Positions 48,151 through 58,353 of a stretch of DNA of 64,000 nucleotides are shown here, piece after piece. The notes under the pieces were generated by a model. It searched no databases. It had not been told where the DNA came from and saw only the letters and a program-made list of their open reading frames with translations. A program made the translations under genes and the position numbers. The number at the start of each line of letters is the position of its first letter. Position 1 is the first letter of the stretch. Source of the stretch: Anaerolineae bacterium (lineage in GTDB: Bacteria > Chloroflexota > Anaerolineae > B4-G1); contig JAWLCP010000002.1 of the NCBI GenBank assembly GCA_041687115.1, forward strand, positions 2,102-66,101, given 5' to 3'.

Positions 48151-50982
48151 ATGTCGATGGATAGCAGCCGCCGCCGTGGCTGGACGTTCGCCGTTGGCCT
48201 CCTGGTTGTCTGTCTTGCAGCAGCCGCGCTGCGCTTCTACCGCCTGTCCGACCTGCCCGTGGGTATGCACTATGATGAGGCAGCCAACGGCATCCTGGCT
48301 GGAGAGATTGCCAGGGGTGTCAGGAGACCGATCTTCATCCCGGCCTACACCGGCAAGGAGGTTCTGTTCTTCTACTGGGCGGCTCTGTGGATGAAGGTTC
48401 TGGGCATCACGCCCTTCGCGCTCCGGCTCGCGGCAGCTTCAATCGGCACAGCAACCGTCGCGGCGACCGTCTGGACGGTCTACGAGCTCCTCTACGAGCG
48501 CGATGAGGGACTGTGGATCGCGCTCGGTGCTGCGGCGTTCCTTGCGGTCTCCTTCTGGCACCTCGTCCTCAGTCGTTATGGATTTCGGGCCGTCACGCAG
48601 CCCCTGCTCCAGGCGCTCACGGTTGCTGCCCTGTGGCGCGGGCTGCGAACCGCGGAGAGGGGCTGGTTGGTGGCGGCGGGTCTCTTCTGCGGCCTGACCG
48701 CCTACACCTATCTGGCCGCCCGCGCCTTTCCCGTCCCGCTCACCGTAGCGCTCGCGGTTCTCCTCGTCGCCGATCGAGACCAGAGACGGGAGCGTCTCCT
48801 GCAGCTGGCGATCTTCGCCGCCGCTGCTGCGCTTGTGCTGGCGCCTCTGGCTCACTATTGGCTGACCCATCCGGGCACCTTCATGGTCCGCGCCAGGCAG
48901 GTTGCTGCCGACACCTGGGGGGAGGCCTGGAGGGGCTTCCTGGCCTGCCTCCAGATGTTCTTCCTCCGCGGTGATCCCTACGTGCGCTTCAACCTGCCTC
49001 ATCGCCCGCTCTTCCTGCCTGGTGCCGCGGCTTTCCTCGTGGTCGGCGTTGGGCTGGCGGCGTGGCGGTTCGTGCATCTGTGGCAGGCTCGGGTACGTCG
49101 GTCTTCTTCTCTCCCCCTGGCGTCGTACGCCTTTCTTCTCGCCTCGATGCCCGTGATGCTCGTGCCCAGCGCGCTGGCCACTGGGGAGATCACGCCAAGC
49201 AACCTCCGCACCGTCGGTCTCCTTCCGTTCGTGGTCGTGTTTCCGGCGCTGGGGTTGTTTGCTCTGAAGTCGTGGCTGTGGCGCGCGGTCCAGCGAGGCA
49301 GCAGGGAGCAGGGGGGTCCGGCAACCAGACGGGCGCTCCAGCTCCTGCTCGTCGGTCTGGTGCTCGCGGTGGGCACGCCTGCAACCGCTGCCGCCTACTT
49401 CCGAGACTGGGCGTCGTCCCCGGCGTTGTACGAGGCGGCTGACGGTGACCTGGCTCACGTGGCCGACTACCTCAGTCGGGCGGATCTCGCGTCGATGGAG
49501 CCGTACGTCGCCAGCCAACACTATCGCCACCCCACGTTGGCTTTCCTCGCCCACGACTACGACGCGGTGCGCTGGCTCGTCGGAGGACAGACTCTCGTAT
49601 TCCCCGCCGATGGGGATGCGCTCCTCATCCTTCCACGCTCGGCGGCAGCCGATCTGGACTGGGTGGACTCGATGTTGCCCGGTGATGCTCTGGTCGGCTC
49701 CCCGTCGGGCCCTGATCGATCTCCCGACTTCCACGCCTATCGGGTGAGTGGCGAGCACGATCCGACGCCGGCACGATCGCAGGCCGCGAATTTCGGCGAC
49801 GTGGTCCACTTGCTGGGCTACACCGTTCTTGTCCAATCTCGCTCCGGCGACTGCGTGGAGCTGACGCTGTGGTGGAAGGTGGTCGACCTCCCGGATCGCC
49901 ATGACTATCGCCCCATCCTGCGTTTCGTTGATCGGGAGGGCTTCCTGTGGGGGGAGAGCCAGCCCTTTCACTACCCTTCTGAGCAGTGGCTGCCCGGGCA
50001 GGTGGTCGTGGATCACATCTCGATCCCTGTCGCCGCTGGTGCACCACCGGGCGACTACCTTGTACGTCTTGGGTTCTACTCGCCGGGTGCCGACGCTCGA
50101 ATGCCTCTACTCGACGACGGCGGGGCGTACGCAGGGGCGTACGTCGAGCTCCCGGTCTCTCTGGCCCGTGCGAAGGAGCCTCCTCCTGTCGGTGCCCTCG
50201 ACATCCACAATCCCTTGGGCGTCGACGTGGACGGCCTGACGCTGCTCGGGGCCACGGTAGAGGCGACGACGATCCGGCCCGGAGAGCGGCTCCGGCTGAC
50301 ACTCTTCTGGCGCGCGGATGCCGGGGAACTGCCGTCGAACCCGGTCTCTCTCTGGTTAGGTGATACGAAGCTCTACGACGGCGACCCCGTGCGCGGGACC
50401 TATCCCTTCGGCGTCTGGTCAGTGGGAGAGGTCGTCGGCGATCGCTACGCCCCCCGCATACCCCTCGACACCCGCCCCGGCGAGCACCGTCTCCAGGTTC
50501 GGATGGCTGACACCACCGTAGACCTGGGTCGTGTTACCGTTCAGGAGACGGACCGGTCGTTCGAGGTGCCGTCGCTGTCGCATCTGATCGGCGTCTCGCT
50601 CGGGAATCGCGTCGAGTTGCTGGGATATGACCTCTCGGCCGGTTCGGTCGCGCCCGGGGAGACGCTCGTCCTCACCCTCTACTGGCGCGCGCTGACCGAG
50701 ATGAGCAGGGAGTACACGGTCTTCACGCATCTGCTCGCGCCCGATGGCTCGATGACCGGGCAGCAGGACAACCAACCGGTCAGGGGCAGCTATCCCACCA
50801 CTCTGTGGCTGCCAGGTGAGGTCGTTGCCGATGCCTACGAGATCTCTGTCCGCCCCGACGCTGCCGGGGGCGAGCATCGGTTGGAGGTTGGGATGTACGA
50901 GCCGGAGACCGGAACCCGCCTTCCCGTTGCCGGGCGCGCGGATAATGCGGTCCCCCTGCAGGTCGTCCGCGTCGTAGAGTGA
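48151..50982 (+). CDS. GT-C fold glycosyltransferase (PMT_2/ArnT-like, family 39/83 type) with a large extracytoplasmic C-terminal domain containing three internal repeats
   Basis: Multi-TM N-terminal half with GMHYDEAANG (DE motif of GT-C enzymes). C-terminal repeats each ending in TLxWRA (ELTLWWKVV, LRLTLFWRA, LVLTLYWRAL). Confidence 0.8.
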   Translation: MSMDSSRRRGWTFAVGLLVVCLAAAALRFYRLSDLPVGMHYDEAANGILAGEIARGVRRPIFIPAYTGKEVLFFYWAALWMKVLGITPFALRLAAASIGTATVAATVWTVYELLYERDEGLWIALGAAAFLAVSFWHLVLSRYGFRAVTQPLLQALTVAALWRGLRTAERGWLVAAGLFCGLTAYTYLAARAFPVPLTVALAVLLVADRDQRRERLLQLAIFAAAAALVLAPLAHYWLTHPGTFMVRARQVAADTWGEAWRGFLACLQMFFLRGDPYVRFNLPHRPLFLPGAAAFLVVGVGLAAWRFVHLWQARVRRSSSLPLASYAFLLASMPVMLVPSALATGEITPSNLRTVGLLPFVVVFPALGLFALKSWLWRAVQRGSREQGGPATRRALQLLLVGLVLAVGTPATAAAYFRDWASSPALYEAADGDLAHVADYLSRADLASMEPYVASQHYRHPTLAFLAHDYDAVRWLVGGQTLVFPADGDALLILPRSAAADLDWVDSMLPGDALVGSPSGPDRSPDFHAYRVSGEHDPTPARSQAANFGDVVHLLGYTVLVQSRSGDCVELTLWWKVVDLPDRHDYRPILRFVDREGFLWGESQPFHYPSEQWLPGQVVVDHISIPVAAGAPPGDYLVRLGFYSPGADARMPLLDDGGAYAGAYVELPVSLARAKEPPPVGALDIHNPLGVDVDGLTLLGATVEATTIRPGERLRLTLFWRADAGELPSNPVSLWLGDTKLYDGDPVRGTYPFGVWSVGEVVGDRYAPRIPLDTRPGEHRLQVRMADTTVDLGRVTVQETDRSFEVPSLSHLIGVSLGNRVELLGYDLSAGSVAPGETLVLTLYWRALTEMSREYTVFTHLLAPDGSMTGQQDNQPVRGSYPTTLWLPGEVVADAYEISVRPDAAGGEHRLEVGMYEPETGTRLPVAGRADNAVPLQVVRVVE

Positions 50983-51037
50983 CCCGGTGGCAGCAGAACG
51001 TTGTTGTTCGTCGACTCATTGACCCACGGAGCGACTC

Positions 51038-52612
51038 ATGAGCGCACTGTTTGACTGGTTCCTTGCCTTCGCGCCCGTCCTGGTCGTCCTCATCCTGATG
51101 CTCCGCTACCGCTGTGGCGGCGCTCGAGCGGGCGCTGTGGGGTGGGGCGTCGCCCTCGTCGTGGCTGGTCTCCGCTTCGGCGCGGGAGTCCGCGTCCTCG
51201 GCTATGCCCAGATCAAGGGGCTGCTTCTCATGCTCTTCGTGCTCTACATCATCTGGGGAGCGCTGCTGTTCTATCGGGTGGCCGACGAGGCGGGCGCAGT
51301 CGACGGCATCGGCGAGGGGCTCTCCCGGCTCACGCCGGACCGCGGCATGCAGGCGTTGCTGCTGGGCTGGGTCTTCACCACCTTTCTGCAGGGGATCGGG
51401 GGATTCGGCGTGCCGGTCGCCGTCACCGCGCCGCTGTTGGTGGGACTGGGGTTTCCCCCCCTGGCGGCCGTCGTCATTCCGTCGGTGGGGTTCTCCTGGG
51501 CGGTAACCTTCGGCTCCCTGGGCTCGTCGTTCTTCGCGCTGATGGCAGCTACAGGACGGAGCGGGGAGTCGCTGGCACCCTGGAGTGCGGTCCTGCTGGG
51601 GCTGGCTTGCCTGGGCTGCGGCGCGGCCACGCTCTGGGCCGCCGGCGGCAGGCGGACACTCAGATCGGAGCTCGGCGCGTTGCTCGTTATCGCCGCCGTC
51701 ATGGGCGCCACCCAGTATCTGGTGGTCACCAATGGGCTTTGGCCCATCGGCGCGATGACGGCCGGGCTGGCAGGACTGGTTATCGGTGTCCTGTGGGCAC
51801 GCTGGCGGGCCAGGGATTGGCAGGCCGTTTCTGCACCCCTGGGTGTGCCCTCCTGGCGGCAAGACGGTGGTTCAACGGTGTCTCTCCGCTGGGCCCTGGT
51901 TCCCTACGTGCTGTTGATCGCTATCGTCCTCGCGGCTCAATTCGTGCCCCCCATCCGTGACCTCCTTGGTCAGGTCGTGCTCCGTGTCCAGTTCCCGGAG
52001 CTAACCACCGCCCGCGGCTGGGTGACGCCCGCGGAGGAAGGACGTACGATTGAGGTCTTCGGTCACCCTGGAGCCCTGTTGGTGTACGCTTCTCTGGTGG
52101 CATATGCGCTGTTCGCGTGGCGTGGGGCGTACGGCCCCGAGACGCCGCGACGCATCGCCCACGGCGTGGCGAGCCGCGCCACCCGATCCAGCCTCGGCAC
52201 GGCGGCCATGGTCGGCATGGCGGTGACTATGGAGCATGCGGGGATGACGCACCTCCTGGCTGAGGGTGTCGCGGGCGTGGCCGGACCTGCGTTCCCGTTG
52301 GCAGCTCCCTTCGTTGGCGCGCTGGGTGCCTTTATGACCGGCTCCAACACCAACTCCAACGTGATTTTCGGAGATCTGCAGCAGCGTGTGGCGGGATTGG
52401 TCGGCGTCAACCCGCTGGTGATCCTGGCCGCGCAGACGGCCGGGGGAGCCATCGGCTCGTCGTTCGCTCCCGCCAAGGTCATCGTTGGATGCAGCACCGT
52501 GGACGCGGACGAGAGCCTGGCACTTCAGGCTGCGATGCGCTACGGGCTTGCCATCGTAGCCGTTCTCGCTCTCGCCACCGGCGCGGTGATCTACGTGTGC
52601 GGACGCACCTGA
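51038..52612 (+). CDS. lctP: L-lactate permease family (LctP) transporter
   Basis: 524 aa; LctP-family blocks (LFYRVADEAGAVDGI, FLQGIGGFGVPVAV, GSNTNSNVIFG). Confidence 0.8.
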   Translation: MSALFDWFLAFAPVLVVLILMLRYRCGGARAGAVGWGVALVVAGLRFGAGVRVLGYAQIKGLLLMLFVLYIIWGALLFYRVADEAGAVDGIGEGLSRLTPDRGMQALLLGWVFTTFLQGIGGFGVPVAVTAPLLVGLGFPPLAAVVIPSVGFSWAVTFGSLGSSFFALMAATGRSGESLAPWSAVLLGLACLGCGAATLWAAGGRRTLRSELGALLVIAAVMGATQYLVVTNGLWPIGAMTAGLAGLVIGVLWARWRARDWQAVSAPLGVPSWRQDGGSTVSLRWALVPYVLLIAIVLAAQFVPPIRDLLGQVVLRVQFPELTTARGWVTPAEEGRTIEVFGHPGALLVYASLVAYALFAWRGAYGPETPRRIAHGVASRATRSSLGTAAMVGMAVTMEHAGMTHLLAEGVAGVAGPAFPLAAPFVGALGAFMTGSNTNSNVIFGDLQQRVAGLVGVNPLVILAAQTAGGAIGSSFAPAKVIVGCSTVDADESLALQAAMRYGLAIVAVLALATGAVIYVCGRT

Positions 52613-52752
52613 TCCGTCATGCGGCGGTTGGGTCCTGGTGGCCCGCAGGAGCGTGACCGCGACGCTTTCTTGCGGCACTGCCCTTGTTGGTCGGCTTGGG
52701 GTCCGCGGGATGGCCCGTCTGTGGCTGACGTCCGTTTTCGCTCAACGTCGGG

Positions 52753-54534
52753 TCACTCGTCCGATCCCTCAGGGGGATCATAGCCGGGGCCGTAGTGATA
52801 GGCAGCCCGTCGGGGCTCGAACTTGCTCACGAACGTATCGTCGTACACCACCTCGCCGTTTGCGTCGGTGACTCGACGCTTGATGGTCGCCGTCAGGCCG
52901 TCCACCGCCGACTGCCACTTCGTGACCGTTCCCGGCGCCAGATCCTCGTCCAGCTCGTAGATTGGCGGACCCGGCGCGGTCCGGCCCGTGATCTCCGGGC
53001 CTTCCATCTCCACGGTGCGCCCGTCATCGGTGGAGTAGAAGCGGAAGATCAGGCGATGGGTCGCCTCTTCGACCTCAGTCTCGATCAGCAGGGGGGCTGG
53101 GCGATCGTTCACGAACTTGAGGTCGACGTGAGGGGAATAGATTGTTGCGTCCATCCCCACCTCGCCGCCGCGCAGTTCGTAATAGGCAACGCGCTGCGAG
53201 TGTGCCCAGCGCTCCGTGATCGGGTACCCGCCCCAGAACGCGGCGCGGAACGCCGTCGTGCTGACCTGACAGATGCCGCCGCCGACGCCCATCGCCAGCT
53301 GCTCGCCCGCGGTGATAAACGATCTGTCGTAGCCGGCGTCGGCCGTGATCTCCCCCAGATGCTCATTGAACGAGAATGTCTCGCCTGGCGGAATCACCAG
53401 GCCATCGAACTGGCTTGCCGCCAGTCGGATGTTGTGGTCACGGCCGGAGGGGGATCCGATGAAGTAGGACTCGCCCGTGGCCACGCGGTCGACGATCCCC
53501 AGTTCCTCGGCGCTGGCGGTATCGGGGTAATCTGGTGGTACTTGCTTCACCACCAGCAGCACCTCCCGCTCCCCGCCCTCCAGTTTCTGAACGATCGTCG
53601 TGACGGTCGCTTCCACATCCAGCATGCGTCCTTGCTCGCTGGCCGTGATGGGCTCCAATGCTCCTGTCAACTCGTTGAAGTGGAAGCGCGCGTCAACGGG
53701 CTCGATTCGCAGGGCCGGAGCGATCTTCTCCACGTACAAGCGGAGCATCTCCATATCTATGGTCGTGTGGAGCACGCCTTCCTCTATGTGCAGCTTCAGC
53801 ATCCCCACCAGCTCTTCGGGCAGGATCACCCAGGGGCCGGGGTCCTCTTCGAGGGGCTCTGCCAGGGCCAGGGTCAGGGGCCCATCGAGCAATCTCTCCG
53901 CCTCAGCCCGCGCCGGCTCGGCGTCTGCCACGTCGGGGGGCACCTCTTCCACCACCAGGGGTACCGTCGCCGGCTTGAGCCGGGTGACGGCCGGGGAGAG
54001 GGCCGCCAGGGTCTGCTCCACGGCCAACCGCTGGCCGGGCATGGATGGCTTGACCACGGGCGTGGTTCCCTCCAGCGTCAGCTCGGCGTCCACAGGGGGG
54101 ACGTCCACCTGTTCGGACAGGGCCTCCAGGTACCGCCGCGCTTCGGACTCGTCGTACGTGATCACCGGTGGGAGAGTGGCGCCGAAGGCGAGAAGCTCCA
54201 GCCGGGAGACCACATTGTCAACCCATGAGCCCTCTCGCCCTGCCTCATAGGCTCGCGACAGCGTCGACGCGGACTCCAACCGAAGTCCCAGGTCGGCCGG
54301 GCGGACGTCCCAGGAGCCGTCGGGCCCGCTCAGGGTGATGAGCGGCTCGTGGAGCGTGGAGTTGTTCTCCAATCTGGCGGCGGCCCTCTCTGGCACCATG
54401 CCGCCTACCTCGATGCCCCATACGGAGACGCCCGGGTAGATTCGATTGGCGTGCACCACCTCAAATGCGGCCACAGAGCCAATCACCAGGACGACCAGAA
54501 TCAGCAGCAGGCAGCCTGGAACGCGCGCGCTCAT
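52753..54534 (-). CDS. VanW-family protein with YoaR-like peptidoglycan-binding region and a C-terminal G5 domain
   Basis: N-terminal TM; VanW core (RLAASQFDGLVIPPGETFSFNEHLG, GGGICQVSTT). Confidence 0.8.
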   Translation of the reverse strand: MSARVPGCLLLILVVLVIGSVAAFEVVHANRIYPGVSVWGIEVGGMVPERAAARLENNSTLHEPLITLSGPDGSWDVRPADLGLRLESASTLSRAYEAGREGSWVDNVVSRLELLAFGATLPPVITYDESEARRYLEALSEQVDVPPVDAELTLEGTTPVVKPSMPGQRLAVEQTLAALSPAVTRLKPATVPLVVEEVPPDVADAEPARAEAERLLDGPLTLALAEPLEEDPGPWVILPEELVGMLKLHIEEGVLHTTIDMEMLRLYVEKIAPALRIEPVDARFHFNELTGALEPITASEQGRMLDVEATVTTIVQKLEGGEREVLLVVKQVPPDYPDTASAEELGIVDRVATGESYFIGSPSGRDHNIRLAASQFDGLVIPPGETFSFNEHLGEITADAGYDRSFITAGEQLAMGVGGGICQVSTTAFRAAFWGGYPITERWAHSQRVAYYELRGGEVGMDATIYSPHVDLKFVNDRPAPLLIETEVEEATHRLIFRFYSTDDGRTVEMEGPEITGRTAPGPPIYELDEDLAPGTVTKWQSAVDGLTATIKRRVTDANGEVVYDDTFVSKFEPRRAAYHYGPGYDPPEGSDE

Positions 54535-54535
54535 C

Positions 54536-55285
54536 CTATCGCCACTGATCGTCCTGCCAGGGGTGATAGCGACCCGCGTAATGGGCCGTTGGGCGGGATG
54601 CGATGAGGCGGATCACGGCCAATCCGAACACGAATCCGCCGATGTGGGCCCACCACGCCACGCCGCCGCTCTGGAACACGTCGGCAGCGGCCAGGGCGAA
54701 GAGCCCGTTGAACAGCTGGGAGATGAACCAGAACCCCAGGTAGACCACGGCCGGGATCTCAATCAGGCGAACGAAGTAGAAGACGGGCACCAAGGTCAGC
54801 ACGCGGGCCTGGGGGTAGAGCATCAGGTACGCCCCCAGCACGCCCGCGATTGCGCCGCTCGCCCCCACTGTCGGCAGCGTCGATTCCGCATAGGCGACCA
54901 GATGGGCTCCCGCCGCCGCCAGGCCGCTGAGAAGGTAGAAGAAGAGGTAGCGCAGATGGCCCACGCGGTCTTCTATGTTGTCACCGAAGATGTAGAGGGC
55001 GAGCATGTTGGAGATCAGGTGCCACCAGCCGCCATGGAGGAACATGGAGGTGAACAGCGTGAGCCACGAGTGAGGGCCCCCCACCTGCCAGAACCTGGCG
55101 GGGACGAGCCCCCAGGTGAAAGCGAATCGATTGAGCGGATCCGATCCCAGGAATGCACTCTCGAGCAGGAAGATCAACACGTTGAGGACGATCAGGGTCG
55201 TGTTGACGATGGGAAAACGGTGCGACGGGATATTGTCCCGCAGTGGAATCACGTCTGGGCCTCCAGATGAAGCACCCAGGGACAA
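54536..55285 (-). CDS. Rhomboid-family intramembrane serine protease
   Basis: GASGAIAG catalytic Ser and AHIGGF catalytic His in TM4/TM6; 6 TM. Confidence 0.85.
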   Translation of the reverse strand: MSLGASSGGPDVIPLRDNIPSHRFPIVNTTLIVLNVLIFLLESAFLGSDPLNRFAFTWGLVPARFWQVGGPHSWLTLFTSMFLHGGWWHLISNMLALYIFGDNIEDRVGHLRYLFFYLLSGLAAAGAHLVAYAESTLPTVGASGAIAGVLGAYLMLYPQARVLTLVPVFYFVRLIEIPAVVYLGFWFISQLFNGLFALAAADVFQSGGVAWWAHIGGFVFGLAVIRLIASRPTAHYAGRYHPWQDDQWR

Positions 55286-55489
55286 CTTTCACGCTCACGC
55301 CGGAGTTGTTCTTGGATGCGGCCGAACCGACACGCAGACCCTGTGCAAGGTCTGCTCCATTGTACCCGGAGAAATGGGAGTTGCAAGTGAACCTGCCTGC
55401 TTTTGACCTGCTCACCAACATGCCCTATACTCTCCCTTAGGATGTTTTGCTTCGGTCGTGCTCAGGTCCAATCACCAAAGGAGAGCAAC

Positions 55490-56449
55490 ATGGCTGACGA
55501 TAGGATTCCTCACGATTCGGCCCGTCCATCTCGGTTGGCTCATACGTTCTCCATCGTCGCCCGCGATCCGGGCAGCGGTCGGATGGGCGTCGCCGTGCAG
55601 TCACACTGGTTCTCGGTCGGCTCGGTGGTCACGTGGGCCGAGGCCGGGGTGGGCGCCGTAGCGACGCAAGCGCTGGTCGAGGTCAGCTATGGACCGCTGG
55701 GGCTGGATCTGATGCGCGGGGGACGATCTGCATCTGGAGCGCTGAAGGCGTTGCTGGCTGCCGATGACGGGCGGGCGCTGCGTCAGGTGGCGATGATCGA
55801 TGCTGAGGGGTGCACAGCCACCCACACCGGCGAGCGCTGCATTGCCGACGCCGGTCACGTTGTTGGCGAGGGCTTTTCGGTCCAGGCGAACATGATGGCC
55901 TCCCCGGATGTTTGGCGGGCTATGGCCGATGCGTATCGCAGGTCGAGCGGCGACCTACCTGAGCGCATGCTCGCGGCTCTTGAGGCCGGACAGAGGGCCG
56001 GGGGCGATCTTCGCGGGCGTCAGAGCGCCGCTATTCTGGTCGTGGAGGCAGGGGCGACCGGCCGGCCGTGGGCCGATACGGTCATGGACCTGCGTGTCGA
56101 GGATCACCAGGAGCCTATCGAGGAGCTCCGTCGTCTGGCGACGCTCCATCGAGCGTATCAGCACATGAACCGAGGGGATGAACTCCTTGGCTCTGGGCAG
56201 GTCGAGGACGCCCTGGAAGCCTACCGCACCGCCGCGCAGATGGTCCCCGAGATTGACGAACTCCCGTTCTGGCACGCCGTCACCCTCGCGGACCTCGGGC
56301 GTGTGGAAGAGGCCCTCCCCATCTTCCGCCAGGTCTTCGCGGAGAACGATGCCTGGGCCACCCTCGTGCAGCGTCTGCCCCCGGTGGGCATGCTGCGTGA
56401 AGATCCCGAGATGATGGATCGAATTCTGGCGGTGCGACCGGGGTCCTGA
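55490..56449 (+). CDS. DUF1028-family (Ntn-hydrolase-like) protein
   Basis: TFSIVARDPGSGRMGVAVQSHWFSVGS N-terminal nucleophile-type block; AAAGGAGAG RBS. The track ORF starts at 55403. Confidence 0.7.
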   Translation: MADDRIPHDSARPSRLAHTFSIVARDPGSGRMGVAVQSHWFSVGSVVTWAEAGVGAVATQALVEVSYGPLGLDLMRGGRSASGALKALLAADDGRALRQVAMIDAEGCTATHTGERCIADAGHVVGEGFSVQANMMASPDVWRAMADAYRRSSGDLPERMLAALEAGQRAGGDLRGRQSAAILVVEAGATGRPWADTVMDLRVEDHQEPIEELRRLATLHRAYQHMNRGDELLGSGQVEDALEAYRTAAQMVPEIDELPFWHAVTLADLGRVEEALPIFRQVFAENDAWATLVQRLPPVGMLREDPEMMDRILAVRPGS

Positions 56450-56456
56450 GATAGCG

Positions 56457-57248
56457 TCAGTCGCTGCCCTGCAGCGCGTCCTGCAGCGCGTCCAGCAGAT
56501 CCTCGTGGATCAGCCCGTTCGTGGCCGCGCAGCGCGGGAGGCTGATGTCGTATGCGCTGCCATCGTACGTCGTGTATCGCCCACCTGCCTCGGCGACGAG
56601 CAACACAGCGGCTGCCGCGTCCCACGGGTGGAGCGCAAGGTGGAAGTATCCCTCAAGCCAGCCTGCTGCCACGTATGTCAGGCCCAGCGCCGCCGAGCCC
56701 ATTGAGCGTACCGTGTGACAGAGGGGGGCAACGCGCTCCAGCTTGGAGAGCACCTGGTTGCGGGCCTCCACGCCGCGTGCCCAGTCGAAGCCCACCAGCG
56801 AATGCTCAAGCTCCACGATGGTGCTGACCTGTAACGGCTCATCATTGAGTGTTGCCCCGCTTCCTCGTTGCCCCGCAAACAGGTGCTCCCGCATCGGGTC
56901 GTAGACGACGCCGATGATGGGATCGCCCTGCTCCAGCACAGCGATGGACACCGAGAAGATCGGCAGGCGGTGGGCATAGTTGCTCGTCCCGTCCAGGGGA
57001 TCGATCACCCACGTGTAGCCTGCGCCGATCTCTCCCCCCGCCGCCTCCTCGGAGAGAACGGCGTGGTCAGGGAAGCGCTGATGGATCAGCTCGAGGATCG
57101 TCTCCTCGGCAGCGATGTCGGTCTCGGTGACCAGATCCCGGTATCCCTTGTGCGAAACGTCCCGCGCAGTGGGATACTGCTCGGCGATCAGTTGCCCGGC
57201 TCGACGGGCGGCCTCCACGGCGGTCTCTAGCAAGGTCTCTCCTCTCAC
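56457..57248 (-). CDS. Inositol monophosphatase family protein (SuhB/IMPase-like)
   Basis: DPLDGT and WDAAAG motifs of the FIG/IMPase fold. Confidence 0.85.
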   Translation of the reverse strand: MRGETLLETAVEAARRAGQLIAEQYPTARDVSHKGYRDLVTETDIAAEETILELIHQRFPDHAVLSEEAAGGEIGAGYTWVIDPLDGTSNYAHRLPIFSVSIAVLEQGDPIIGVVYDPMREHLFAGQRGSGATLNDEPLQVSTIVELEHSLVGFDWARGVEARNQVLSKLERVAPLCHTVRSMGSAALGLTYVAAGWLEGYFHLALHPWDAAAAVLLVAEAGGRYTTYDGSAYDISLPRCAATNGLIHEDLLDALQDALQGSD

Positions 57249-57934
57249 AATAGGTCGACGGTGATCTGTTCAGCGACCGCGATCGCCTGCTCGCTCACTT
57301 CGCACCCCCAGGCGTGCACCGCTACCCCGGCTGCGGCGGCGCGCCGAAGCGCCCTGCCGAAGAGGGGATCCGCGCCATCGTGGGGGGTGAAGCGGCGAGC
57401 GTCGGGCCGCTGGACGATGAACACAATCGCGGCCCGAGCCCCCTCGCTGACCACTCGGGTCAACTCCTCGACATGGCGCGTGCCGCGAGCGGTGGGAGCG
57501 TCGGGGAACAGGGCCACGCCCTCCTCCACCAGCGTGACCGACTTCGTTTCGACCCACAGGATACCTCGCGGCTTCATCAGGCGGAAATCGATGCGGCTCT
57601 TGCCCAGCGATGCCTCTCGCTCGAACCTGTGATATGCTCGGAAGGGGGCCAGTTGCCCCTGCTCCAGAGCCTCGGCTAAGAGCGGGTTGGGCAGTCGGGC
57701 GTCGACCGAGACCAGGACGTCCCCATACTCGACGAGCTTGAGGTCGTAATTGGTCTTCCGACCCGCGCTGCTCCTCGGGTCCAGCCAGCAGGGACGTCCT
57801 GGGGTCAACAGCTCCCTCAGGCGCCCCGAGTTGGGCAGGTGCGCGTCGACTGAATGTCCGTCGACGGTGACCGTGACGCGGAAGCGATTGACCCGCTGTT
57901 CAAACCGACCTGCGACCAGCGACGGTAGCTTCAT
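57245..57934 (-). CDS. sfsA: SfsA-family (sugar fermentation stimulation) protein
   Basis: MKLPSLVAGRFEQRVNRFRVTV N-terminal OB-like region plus nuclease-like C-terminus. The track ORF extends to 58201; the likely start is M90. It overlaps the downstream gene by 4 nt. Confidence 0.8.
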   Translation of the reverse strand: MKLPSLVAGRFEQRVNRFRVTVTVDGHSVDAHLPNSGRLRELLTPGRPCWLDPRSSAGRKTNYDLKLVEYGDVLVSVDARLPNPLLAEALEQGQLAPFRAYHRFEREASLGKSRIDFRLMKPRGILWVETKSVTLVEEGVALFPDAPTARGTRHVEELTRVVSEGARAAIVFIVQRPDARRFTPHDGADPLFGRALRRAAAAGVAVHAWGCEVSEQAIAVAEQITVDLL

Positions 57935-58163
57935 CGGGCGGTTCTGAGGAGGGTCAGGTGACCCGCTCCGAAGATGACACCGGTCACCGGGGCGAACACC
58001 CCTCCGGCGAGCAATCTCCCAGGCCTTCCCCGCCGCAAGTCGCGTACGGCGCTCGCCAGGACTGGAGCACTGATGAGTTGGAGAACTGATAGAGATCGTA
58101 AGAGCACCCAGGGGTTGTCCACGATGTGCCTCATTATAGCGTGCCTGCCCCGGCTGATCAAGA

Positions 58164-58192
58164 TTGACAGACGCTGTCTCCCATGCTAGCAT
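58164..58192 (+). promoter_or_regulatory. Sigma-70-like promoter for proS (TTGACA - 17 nt - TAGCAT)
   Basis: Perfect -35 hexamer; coordinates counted from the proS ATG at 58374. Confidence 0.45.
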
Positions 58193-58319
58193 ACGGCTCA
58201 ACCCGGAGAGCGCAGGGTGGAGTCCTGTTGCATCCGGGCCTGGTCGGCCGCAGCCGTGTCCCTCTTCCCGTCAGCGGCTCGGCTGGTTCTGTCTGGTCTG
58301 GTCAGTGGTCGGCCCATTG

Positions 58320-58353
58320 CCAGCCTTCCGGTCCCGAAGGCTGGTTTTGTCTT
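58320..58353 (+). terminator. Terminator-like hairpin (CCAGCCTTC-CGGTCCC-GAAGGCTGG) followed by TTTTGTCTT in the proS leader, ending about 20 nt before the proS RBS (putative attenuator)
   Basis: Perfect 9-bp GC-rich stem plus a U-rich tract on the coding strand of proS, between the predicted promoter and the AGAAGGAGG RBS. Confidence 0.5.
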
